A stretch of 64,000 nucleotides of DNA. It comes from Camelus ferus (taxonomy: Eukaryota). The stretch is taken from positions 52,950,001 to 53,014,000 of the forward strand of contig NC_045696.1 of assembly GCF_009834535.1 (NCBI RefSeq), in the 5' to 3' direction. Both the position numbers and the translations under genes were made by a program. Positions 13,526 to 24,690 of this stretch are shown here, one piece after another. The notes under the pieces are model-generated. The model had not been told where the DNA came from. It ran no database searches and saw only the letters and a program-made list of their open reading frames with translations. Position 1 is the stretch's first letter, and the number at the start of each line of letters is the position of its first letter.

Positions 13526-15345
13526 TTGTAAGAACAACTGCAACAAAGGGAAGTCTCTCTTCTTGCTGCTCTGATGGAACCTACATCCTGCCTTCTTGGC
13601 TGGACAGGGAGCTTATGTAACTCGAGTTGCCTCCAACACAAATCTCCAACGTGAATCCTACTGATTCTGAAAAGGTGAGTGGCCTCTTTTATTCAACTAC
13701 TTGAGCAGGTCAAAGGAGCAAAATCCTTGCATAAATCCCCAATACCCTTATTAGACCAGCATCAGACCTTTTTTTCAAGAGTTTTATTAGAAAATTCAAA
13801 CTACTGCCAAGGAGGAAAAATTAAACTGTGTCATATATCGGGTGTAACTCAGTTCAAATGTTGGCGACAGTGATATACCTTCTTGCCCAGAACTTCACCT
13901 GGAGACTTAAGACCCTCTACAATAACTTTCAGGAGGAGCTTGTGACCTCTCCCATGATTATTATCTCCATATAGCTATATTGGAAAACTTACAATCTGAC
14001 CGGAGGGGAAGATTCAGTAAAGCACTGAAGTATCTGAGATCAGGAGTTTGGAGCCTGCACCTGCATACAGAGTTGTGCAAGAAAGATCTTATGTAGTAGG
14101 AGTCCTATCTAAGAATGAGTGACTCTGTCATTATGGAAAAATAACCCTAAAAGAGAGAATCTTCTATTGTAGTTCAGCTAGTCACTTCCAAATGACCTGA
14201 ATGCACAGAGGAGAAATGCTTCTTAATGTTTGTGATATTTTCAGATCTGGCAATCTGGCTTGCCCGATTGACACAAATGAGTGTCTAACCCTGCTAAATC
14301 CACTATTTCTGCACCATAGACTTTACTTGACTCCTGACATCCAGCTGCCTGCCCACCTCTACTCTTAGATAGGAAACATTTTTTGGTAGAAGATACTCGT
14401 GTTCTAAAGATATCCCTTATGAAAGATTCACTGAAGATTTGGATTTAGGTCCATGTCAGCTTGCTTCCACGATAGAAGAAATCCAAAAGGCAGAAAGGGA
14501 AAGAAAATGTTGGGGACTTATAGTTAAAACCTTTGCAATTCTTTAGCTACTTTCCAATAAAATATATCAATCTAGATTTAACTCTAGCACATAAGAATCT
14601 TCAAATGTTCCTTGGATTAAAGATATTCATGCCTTCAGTCCCCAACTCCCCTTACAGACTTCTCAAAGAAGTCAGTCCAATACCCTTCAGATGCCATAAG
14701 CCTTCTGGAACTTGTAAACCTACTTTAACTCAGCTTTTTGAGAGGCCCAGTCTGACTGTATCCCTAAGAAACATTTACAATCAAAATTAATATCTTAGAC
14801 ATTTACAATTGTCCAATTTCATTTTGAGTACCCTGAAGCTATCTCCATTTTTTGTGTGTGTTAATATCTTACAGAAACTTAAATTATCTAAGTAATTTAT
14901 GAGGGATAAAGATACTCATGATGGGCATTAGGTGCCTGACATTTTTATCTGAAGAAGTCTAGTACCCATAAGAGGTCAGAGCTCATATGAGAACACCAGG
15001 AAGCTCTACTGACGCAGGATCCATTCCACATGACATTCATTCCCAAGGGATACAAGCGACTGTGTAAATGGCTTATACTGGAAACAGAGCCTGTTTAGGA
15101 AATTATTAACTTGAGCACTTTGTGGCCATTGACCCACCTAACATTCAGTGAAACCTTGTCAATTCTATCCTGTCCCCAGACTTCTTCCTAAGTGTCTGGA
15201 GGACCTATCACCAATATATTTACTTTTTATTTTTAATCTCTTCTTTGTGAAGACCTAAGCCCAAATACACCTGTGGCAACTGGACAGAACCATCTGACCC
15301 TCCCAGGAACACAGGGGACAATAGCTAATTCACCAGTTTTCTTGG

Positions 15346-15467
15346 TTTTTTTTAATTGAAGTATAGTCAATTTACAATGTTGTGTTAATTTCTGGTGTAC
15401 AGCATAGTGGACCTAGAGATTACCATACTGAGTGAAGCAAGCTAGAAAGAGAAAGTAAAATACCATA
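15346..15467 (-). mobile_element. Short L1 insertion with 5' inversion
   Basis: Poly-T plus an antisense L1 3' end (15346-15409) is fused to a sense L1 ORF2-end piece 'ggacctagagattaccatactgagtgaagcaagctagaaagagaaagtaaaataccatat'. Degenerate TSD at 15326-15340 and 15468-15482. Confidence 0.8.
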
Positions 15468-16289
15468 TAATTTACCAATATTTTTTGCCATTACATGACA
15501 AGTATGTCAAAACTGTGAGTTCTGTGTCAGGACAAAGGGGCTGAGGAATTTTTTTTCATATCAGTTTCAAATGCCTGTGTGGTATAATTTCAATGAACGT
15601 AATGATTCAGTTGCTTCTATCTCAAAGCCCTGGTAACATCCTTGTAGCTTAGTGTATATGGCAAGACCATACCTTTTTCTGGAAGACATGGTGACCCTCT
15701 TATAGAGGACAGCTTTCAAAAACACTCTCCTAAACTATATGATTTCCAGCTGTAACAATCATCACCTCGTTATGGAAGGTTCTTGCCTACTACCTCTATG
15801 TCGCCCCCATCTTTGGTCCAATACTTTCAGGTATGTGGTGCTCAAGTTGCCCAAGAGCAGGGTGAGAGGGGCAGGGAGCTCTTTTGGCCCCTGAAAGGGA
15901 GAGGGTAAGGAAAACTCTACTATTGCCAGAGATGTAGTAATAACCATTTCTGAGCCTGTTACACTGTTTTTGAGATGAAAGTAATTACTTTTTGTGTATT
16001 CATTCCTATGTATATGTATACATACATACTTTGGATCATTTTATGAAGAATCTGAGGTGTTGTGTTGAGAGTTGATTCTAACAAATCTTATAAATATTTT
16101 ACAACTAGATAACAAATGACTGAAAGGTAGGAATCTTTTTTTTAAGGATCTTTGTTGGGTTTATAACAGTGATTTTAAAGGGAGGGCACTTAAAAGCTTC
16201 AAAGATATTTGTGGAATTCTACACCAACATTGTTAGTATTTTCCTCAGTTTGCTCAGACATTGTAAGTCATGTGTGACAACTGAGCAGG

Positions 16290-16425
16290 AAATGGAGGGC
16301 AGCATGAAGCTGATGCAACTTCCCTGAAGGTCAGCCAGCAAGCTGGGGGGAAGGACAGAATTAGAACTCACACCCCTCCATTTTCCAGGCTGTTGCTTGG
16401 CCCACTGAACCCCACTGCCTCTGAC
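16290..16425 (-). mobile_element. MIR fragment
   Basis: 'gcaacttccctgaaggtcagccagcaag...agaattagaactca'. Confidence 0.55.
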
Positions 16426-17329
16426 TCAGTGCATTAATATAGACTGTGAAACACAGATTGCCTGAACATATGGCAGAGAGGATGAGAAGATAATATTCCG
16501 TAGCAGGATTCGTTTCTGCAGACGGGTGGCTGCAAAGGCTGTTTTTCCTGCAGACGATTCAGCAAGTGAAGCGTTAAGCGCTTTTCTTATTTTTATCTCC
16601 AAATGAAACAACTTTTCCCCTTGAATGAGATCAATTCCTGGGCGTTCCTACTATCAGGGGAAGCTGGTAGAAGTGAGGCCAGGAGGTGTGCAGGCCTCCC
16701 CATGGGCTACAGGGAATAAACGATAAATCCCACACTGAGCACTCAGCGCTAGACCTGGAGGGGTGCCTTATAATTGCTCCCTCTCCTTCCTCAGCAAACC
16801 ACATCCTGTATTTAGGATACGGGTTCTAGAAAGGTCTCTCGATCTAGATGCTTATATTCTCCTTAGCAATAATCTACAATATTCTATGCTCTTAATTTGG
16901 CCTCGCTATTTTATTTCTGTAACTAGATGCCACTAATAATCTAGTTTAAGGGCTGCATAAAATACATTGGGCAAGTTATTATGGATTTTAGCCCCAGAGT
17001 CTTTCTTGAGCAAGATACAGACATATAAGTTTTAGAGGGGAGAGAAGGAAATCAGAGCAGATGAGACAGGGTTCAAGGCTTTCAAGGAAGAGATTCCAAA
17101 AGTGGAAGGACTTAAGGCATGATCTGGGCTGTGGGGCTGTGGTTTTCAAATGAATAGATACGCCAAGAAGATGGGGAGACAGCATGGACAGGTTCTGTAT
17201 CCCTCTCCTGACTTATATATTGTATATCTGTGCAATATAATAGAGCTCAATGTAAGAAAAATAGAGGGTTTTGTAATTAGAAGACAGTTTTAAAAGCCTG
17301 ATTTAGGAAATGGTTTGTCCCATACAAGA

Positions 17330-17575
17330 AAGTGTAGCAATTAAGAGCATGGCAATTGGTTTAGGCAGAACACAGCTCTGCATCTAACTAACCCTTTGAA
17401 CTTGGACCAGATACGTAGCCTCTCTGTGCCTTCATTTCCTCATCTATAATAATATGGTGATAATTCTGTCTACCTCATAGGTTTGTAATGAGGCCGAAAT
17501 GAGATAATACATAGAAGTATTTGGCATTGAGACAGGCACACAATAAACACTTGCTAAAAGGTAGCTGCTGTTACA
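17330..17575 (+). mobile_element. MIR SINE
   Basis: 'cctctctgtgccttcatttcctcatctataat...tacctcataggtttgtaatgagg...aaatgagataatac' is the MIR core. Confidence 0.9.
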
Positions 17576-17861
17576 ATTTTATCATTGCTAGTACTATTAC
17601 TTCTGCTATTATTATAGATCTATTCCAACAAGTTGAACTCATTGCCTTATTGCAGTCTGGAATTTAGGTAGAATGCCATGGGACTCCAATGATCTGACCA
17701 TGAATGATAGGTCCCCCACTCACAGAGAGAGACACTCCATGAAATGTTCTGGTGGCCACAGAAACAGAAAGAGTATCTACAGGGAGCTAGCGTTTCAGGC
17801 TCTAAACCATGCTGACTGGTTAAACATGCCCCACACCAAACTAAAGATTTGTATCCCTTAC

Positions 17862-18284
17862 TGTTTGAGGCTGAATTGTGAGGGGTCTGCACCTGCACCC
17901 CCAACCCACTGCCCTGGCAAATTCATATGTTGAAATTCTGACATGCTATACCTCAGAATGTGACTGTATTTGGAAATGGGGTATTTAAAGAGGTAATTAA
18001 ATTAAAATGATATTAGGGTTGGCCCTAATCCAATATGACTGGTGTCCTTATAAAAAGGAAATGTGGACACAAAACATACAGAGGGAAGGTGAGGTGAAGA
18101 CACAGGGAGGAAAAAAAAAAAAGCTAAGGAGTGAGGCCTGGAACAGATCCTTCCCTCACAGCCCTCAAGGATCCAGCTCTGCTGATATCCTGATGCAGAT
18201 TTCTGACCCCCAGAACTGTGAGAAAATAAATTTCTGTGGTTCATATCACCTCGTCTGTGGCACTCTGTGATGGCAGCCTAGTAA
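17862..18284 (+). mobile_element. MLT1B-like MaLR solo LTR
   Basis: 'aaattcatatgttgaa...acctcagaatgtgactgtatttggaaatgggg...ggccctaatccaatatgactggtgtccttata...ccagaactgtgagaaaataaatttctgt'. Confidence 0.9.
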
Positions 18285-18349
18285 CCCTTAAAGATTTCGT
18301 ATTTTAGTTTAATTCTGAAGGGTGGCTTTTCTTTACTAATCCAAATGCA

Positions 18350-19140
18350 GGGGAAATGGGCGGGGCCTGGTACGCCTTTGGAATTCCAGTTCTACTCTCA
18401 CTTCTCCTAAGGAGAGTGCTCCCGGCACATGCTGGCTCTTTTAGGCACCCCCCAAATCAGCACTTACCTTTTCCAGCCAGCATGTTTCAGCCAGCTTTCC
18501 ATCCGGTGTCCCCCACCACCCCCATCCTTTAAGAGACTTCACAGTGCCATTGCCAGCACGTGGTCGGCACTGCTCTCCAGCTGCACCTGACGCCCAGCAT
18601 ATTCACCATCTAGAAGAGGGGCTTAAAGAGTTACCAGCAAGGGTTTAACCAGACAATGTAATGCCTGTCAAAATATTGCCTCAGGAATACCCTAGAATCA
18701 ACTGTTAATAAAAGGCAAGCAAAGAAAAAAAAAATCATTCTTTTTTCTCCCATAGAGGAAAAAAAAATTTTTTTTTTAAATCCAGCTGCACCCAAAATGA
18801 AAGAGCTATCAAAGAAAGCGCCCCCATTCGCTGTCAGTTCACAGCAACTTCAATCAGCTAACGTGCCTGCGCCTGCGGTAACACCTCCCCAGCAGCCTCC
18901 TACACGCCAAACTTGACTGCTCTGTGCGAGCCACGTTAAACCTGTCTGCCATCAAGCCCTAGGTCTCCTGTGCAGCAGCAGCTTAACTAGGTGAAGGAGC
19001 TGGCATCACCAAGAGGCAGATGATATTTTAGAGGGACCGAGAGGAGCTGAGAGAAGAGCGGTGGTGGAGAAAATCTAGATCTAGGCCATTAAACAACACG
19101 GTTTTTCTCCTGAGATCCTCTCGTGTTGTCATTTCCATGC
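18350..19140. promoter_or_regulatory. CpG-enriched candidate promoter/enhancer
   Basis: About 19 CpGs in 18361-19140 by my count, well above the surroundings. GC box GGGCGGGG at 18358-18365, E-box CACGTG at 18557-18562, overlapping NRF1-like motifs at 18863-18878. Confidence 0.45.
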
Positions 19141-20369
19141 AGATGTGATGTTTTGGAACTTCTTAACATCAGAACATGCAGTGGAAAATGAGCTAGGAAG
19201 CACCAAATCACAGTGGGCTGGCCACCCTCGCACTATTTTATCTTATGGAGAAACTGAAGGACACTGTGCCAGTATCTCTCCACGCCCCTCCTAGAGATAC
19301 AGACCCATGTCCATCTTCCAGGATGGGCCACAGCTTCAGGTTGCGGGCATCTTTCAGAATTCACAGTGAGACACACTAAGAAAAGCATGTTTTCTTTCAG
19401 ATGGGTCTGACTTGAAGCATATTCACAGTGTATATCACCCCTAAGGAAGCTGATCTAGCTTTGCCCCCATCCACCCCATGCTGCTAATGAAGGAGGCCTC
19501 ATTTCCAGCAATAGGACCAGAAGGAGAAGCCACTCAGTAACTAAACACAGTCCCTAACCGACTCTGCACTAGCAACCAGAATACCACATGGGGTATCTCT
19601 CCTCCTTCACTCCCTTCCTGGAGGCCAGTTTCACAGATTGCTTGAAGACCACAGCAGTGCTGGATCTGGAGAGGCTTCTGGGAATAGAAGCTGAACTTCT
19701 ATTTGAAATGCCTCCCTCCTGCTGTTCTTAAATAACACTGACAACAATAATAGCCATTTATACCAATAGAGTCCTTCAGAACCTTTATTAAATCCTTCCA
19801 AATATACTCTCTTGCTTCTATCCAGCAAAGATAATGTGCTTTGTGACAGGTGCCCAGAAGATGGCTGCATAGCTTTTGGCTACTGGAACTACCCGCTGTC
19901 TAAAATAACTCCCTTATTTGTGTCCAGGCTCTGACAAATGCCCAGAAAAGGCACTGGCCTGGAATTTTTTTTGATCCAGTAATGTGGTATGCTATGCTGT
20001 TTTAAAACCACAGAAACTCAGCAATGAGACCTTAATAATCCACTTGCCCGATCACGCATTTGAGTGTGTGACATTTGAATACGTGACTTTAGAATTGGCA
20101 CTGCAATCAAGTAGTCATCCAGTCTGGGCTTGAAGTCCTGGGATGGAGAATATAAAAGTAATAATCTCCTCCATATTGGCTCTCATTGAACACCATTTCC
20201 CCCGTAGTATGTTTAAACTCTCTTTTTACTAATTCCATCTAGCAGATTCCTTTCCGCAAAAGCCATGAATATAATGGCAGTTTGTGCAGAAGATGACCAG
20301 GGTTGGAATAATATCATTTTCTTCATGTCTTTTATTATATAATTTGGGGTAATTCCCTAATGACACAAA

Positions 20370-20580
20370 CTGGCATAGTGAAGATAGATAAGACCTTGAG
20401 TAAGAAGATTCAGGTATGAGTCCCAGCTTGATCAATTACCACCTTGTAAATTGGAAGGCCTATCAATCTATCTATTTATAAAATGGGAATTGAGCGGCGT
20501 GTCCTCAAGAGGGTTGTTGAGAGAGTTAAATGGGATAATATATGTGAAAAGAATTTGTAAATGGTAAATTGCTACATATT
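20370..20580 (+). mobile_element. MIR SINE
   Basis: 'ggcatagtgaagatag...gagtcccagct...atttataaaatgggaat...gggttgttgagagagttaaatgggataatatatgtgaaa'. Confidence 0.85.
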
Positions 20581-21594
20581 CATAAACTGTTCATTCCTTT
20601 TTCATTTTTTTTTAACTTTTAGGTTACTCCTTGGAAATTTGTGCCAAAGAGGGTAAAGAAGGGAAAAGGGTGAGAATGCAGTGATTTAATTAGATCCACA
20701 GGACATTGCCTTCACATGAGTAGTTTGAACCCCCAGCCATTTGGATTTCAGCACATTGAGATGTGGTAACTTAATATGCAAATGAAAGGCCTCAGAGGGC
20801 ACTCAGTCTCCACATGTGCCAATTAATCAAAGGAAACAGTATCATCCTCTAATTCCACTAATTAGAGGATCATCCATAAGCTACTAGGTTTCTGAGCTAC
20901 TGAGGTTTGATAAATTTGCAATAAATTATGAGTAATACATTAGCCAGGGACTAAATTGCTACTGAGCAATATGAATGAGAGGAGGATGCAGGTTATCTGT
21001 ATATTTAAAGGTTTTTTCTTATTTTCCTTTTCATTATTTTCCTCCCTAAAATGACCTGAACACTTTGGTTGTGTGAGGCCAAGGTCCCTATGGTTCACAG
21101 TAACAAGGAATCCAGAAATAATACACTTTTAAGTGCAACTATTAAGCAACATGATGTAATCTTAATAATTTTTGCAGATGTATAATTCACACATATGGTT
21201 GCTGGCTTTAAAACAGACATGTTGTGAATTTATACACTTGTTCTAATGATACCACCATTGCTAAAAATTAGGGAATTCTTTGAGAATTGCCCTCAAAGAC
21301 TCATTTATTCACTTGAATTTCCTCAAGGGTGGCAAATTATCACCTGAGGGTAGATTTGAATTTAGAGGCAGCTAAAAGATGTTTGGATATACTCTAGTTA
21401 CTAAGGTAGGTGATCAAACAGAATGATCTTATTTGTCATCACACGAAGGACCCATCTCATCACCTATATGCTTATTGAATTTGAACTTCATTATAAGACT
21501 GGATTTGAGTGAGGGTATATTGGATACGTCTAGTTTCAATCGGTTTAAGAGGCTTTTGGCTTTTAACCTTACTCAGAGTACAGGTGCAAGAGAT

Positions 21595-21945
21595 GGAGGC
21601 CTTTGCTCAGGCTGTCCCTATACCTATGACGTCTCTTCCAGTACAAACCCTACTCATTCTTTAATGTTCATCTTATATGCCTTTTCAATTACAAAGGTTT
21701 TCCTGATAGTCTCCAATTGGTAGTTTTTGCTCTGTTCTTTGAGCTTTCATTATACCTAAGTGAACCCCTCTTATGGTACCTATTACTCTCTGTGTCTTAT
21801 TGTATTTGGTTTTTACATAGCTTTTATCACTTCTTATAGATAGTAAACTTCTAGGGGATAGGATTTATGTCTGATTCTTCTTTAAATCTCACAAAATCAG
21901 TTAAGTTTTGAATATTATACTTATCAAGCATTAGTTGAATAATGA
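21595..21945 (+). mobile_element. L2 LINE 3' fragment
   Basis: 'ggcctttgctcaggctgtcc...tagatagtaaacttctaggggataggatttatgtctgattc...ttagttgaataatga'. Confidence 0.7.
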
Positions 21946-22049
21946 GTTATGGAGCAGTCTGGAGATTTAATTTATGTCTATGTCTACGTCTATCTATACC
22001 TATCTATATATCTAGCAATAACCATACGTAAAGAAGGATGTCCAATTAA

Positions 22050-24172
22050 GTACCTAATTTACTTACATAAAATAATCACTCTTAATGGTGAAGTGTTAAA
22101 AAGTATTTCCTTTAAAATCAAAACAACGGCAAGAATGCCTTCTATCACTACTTCTACTCAGCATTATGGGGAGATCCCAGCTGGCACCACAGGACAACAA
22201 GAAAAAGAATGCAGTGATTTAATTAGAAATAGAAATAGAAGGAAAAAAACAAAAATGTCCTGTCTGCACAGAAGATAAAATTGTCTATATGGAAATCCAA
22301 TAAACTATGTACATTTTGAGAATTAAGAGAGCTTAGAAAATTAGATACTTAAATATGTAGAGAAAGTTATAGATATAGGAATAGAGAACTAGTTCTAAGA
22401 AATAAACATTTGTTTATAAGGAAACTTGTAGATGATTGAGCTGGCATTTAAAATTAGCAGGGAAAAGTTAGACTTTTATAAATGTGCTAAGACTGTCTTA
22501 ATTATCCATGGGGAAATAAATTTATTCCTATTCAAAAACATATAAAAATATCAATTCTAATCCACTAAAATACACATCTACAAAGATAAAGCTTCAAAAC
22601 TTTTAAAGGAAATTGTAAGACTATCTTATAATCATGAAGTGAGGATTTCTCAAATAAGATATAAAAAGTTTAAATCATAATGGAAAAGACTAGAGGAATT
22701 CAACTGTATTAAAGAATTACTTTTATCAAACAATATTTTGGGGAAAAAAGCTAAGATACCAACAAGATTTTTTTTTTTGCCATTTATATAACTGTTGAAG
22801 GGTTATTATTCAGAATAAATACAAAGGTCATAAAATCAGTAAGAAGGTAAACAGTATAAAAATGGGAAATACATGAACTGGCAGCTCACAGACAAGGAAA
22901 TCCAAATGATGAATAAATATATGAAAAGATGAAATTTTAGTATTAATCAGATATACATTTTTAACTGGTATTATAGTTAATATCTGTAATTTTGACAAAA
23001 ATGTAAAAGTCTGATAATTTTAATTGTGCCAAATATGCAGAGAAACAAAATCTCTCTTAATCTTCAGGTGGGGATATAAATTAGTACAACCGGTGTGTTA
23101 GAGACTGCTGAGTATCCCCCAGTATGTCTTTCTTTTCTTTCTCGGTAATAAGAACTCTGTTTCCAGCTGAATCTCTGACTAGTTGGAATATAGACTTCAT
23201 TTTCCAGTTTCTCTTGTAGCCAGATATGACCATGTAAGTTCTGGCCAAGGGAATACAAGTAAAGAAGTGCTGTGTGCATTTTGCAGGAAGGGGCCATGTA
23301 TGCACTTCTTGTTTCTTTCTCCTCGCCAGCCAAAATATAGATATTCTAGCTAGAACTTCTAGACCTTGAGATGACCATGTGGATGAAAACTGTACATCTG
23401 AGGTGACCGATAAAATGGAAGGAGCCTGGGTCTTCGACACTTTGCCTTACCATTTCTGAACTGGCCACCTCCAGAGTTCCTGAACCTGAGATAAAAATGC
23501 ATAGCTTTAAATCACTGTGATTCTGGATTTTTAAAATTACTTCACAGCAGTCTACCCTAACCCTAACCAATACTACCTCATTAGGAAAAGGTTTGGCACT
23601 ATCTCATGAAGCTGAAATGTGCATGAGGCTGTGCATATCCTGGAGCTTAGCAATGTACTCTCCTAAGGATATGCCTTAAAGAATGACATCCTTATGTGCA
23701 CTGGGAAGCATGTACAGAAATGTTCATAATAACATGACTCTAAGACTAAATATTAGAAATAATCCAAGGGGCCATAAATGAAAAAGATAATTCACTGTAG
23801 TGTTTTCTTTCAATAAACTACTAATACACAGCTAGGAATAAACTCAGTCTTTAAGGAAGCCATCAGTATGATATAATTTACAAAATTCAACAGTATGGAA
23901 ACTTAAACAATATATTCTTTAGGATTACATACATCAATACAATTTACAGGTAAAAGCAATGGAATGAGAAATTCAAATATAGGATAGTCATAGTCTCCAG
24001 TGTTGGGGGAGTGGGGCTGCAATCAGGGAAGGGCATCGTGGAAGCTTCAAAATACTGATAAGCTTCTATTTTTTTTAAATGCTAGGTGCTATTTACAAAC
24101 ATATTAATTTTATTATTTTTTAACTTAATTTATGCTTTAGGCATTCTTTTGAATGTACAAAAATTTTTACAA
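22050..24172 (+). mobile_element. Ancient L1M (L1ME-like) ORF2/3' UTR remnant, interrupted by an MLT1 LTR
   Basis: 'cttaatggtgaagtgttaaaaagtatttcctttaaaatcaaaacaacggcaagaatgccttctatcactacttctactcagcatta' is the L1 RT region. 'cacagacaaggaaatccaaatgatgaataaatatatgaaaagatg' is the ORF2 C-terminal region. A 3' UTR-like tail runs to ~24170. Confidence 0.85.
23094..23573 (+). mobile_element. Old MLT1 LTR (MLT1J/I-like) nested in L1M
   Basis: 'ttttccagtttctcttgtagccagatatgaccatgtaagttctggccaagggaatacaagtaaagaagtg...aaggagcctgggtctt...tttaaatcactgtgattctgg...cctaaccaatac'. Confidence 0.8.
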
Positions 24173-24434
24173 TAGCAGTGGGAAAGGGAGTAGGGAGACA
24201 AAGCGGTGCTTGATTTTTGAGGGAGGTGTGTGTGTGAAGTAAATCTATCTCTGGGACAAGAAGAAATTTAAGCCAAAAGATTTAGGCTTAAGCAAAATTG
24301 CTTTAGCAGAGCATAAATACACAAATGACTATTAGTCCAAATGGACGAAGGTGACCACCCTTCTGGAAAGGAGACAGAAATCTCATGTCTAATCATCACT
24401 ATCACAGCTGTCTCCACCGTGGCTACCACTCTCT

Positions 24435-24690
24435 TGATATCACTACTTTGTATTAAGTCTTTCATGTTCCTGGCATTTTACTGGGTGCTTTATATCATTA
24501 TCTCAATAATCCTCAACAATTCAGTGAGCTAGATATAATTAACCTTTTATAAGATCTACTCGAGGTTAAGCTCAGAGGGATAAATGAACAAGCCTTGTCA
24601 TAGCTAGTAAATAACTAGTAAATGATAGTGCCTGGGTTCAAATGCAAACCTGTTTTCAAATTGTGTCCTCTCAATCATCATGCTGCTCTC
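24435..24690 (-). mobile_element. MIR SINE
   Basis: 'atcattatctcaataatcctcaacaattcagtgag...gctcagagggataaatga...gcctgggttcaaatgcaaac'. Confidence 0.8.

Noticed and set aside
13665..13682. Consensus plus-strand donor AAG|GTGAGT
   Set aside because: No convincing upstream acceptor or coding frame; isolated donors are common.
19001..19020. CTCF-like TCACCAAGAGGCAG, and a similar partial motif near 43775
   Set aside because: Mismatches at core positions; not supportable without a PWM score or ChIP data.
21949..22278. 109 aa ORF with RT-like residues (LNGEVLKSISFK)
   Set aside because: A frameshifted fragment of a dead L1 ORF2, not a domesticated gene on present evidence.
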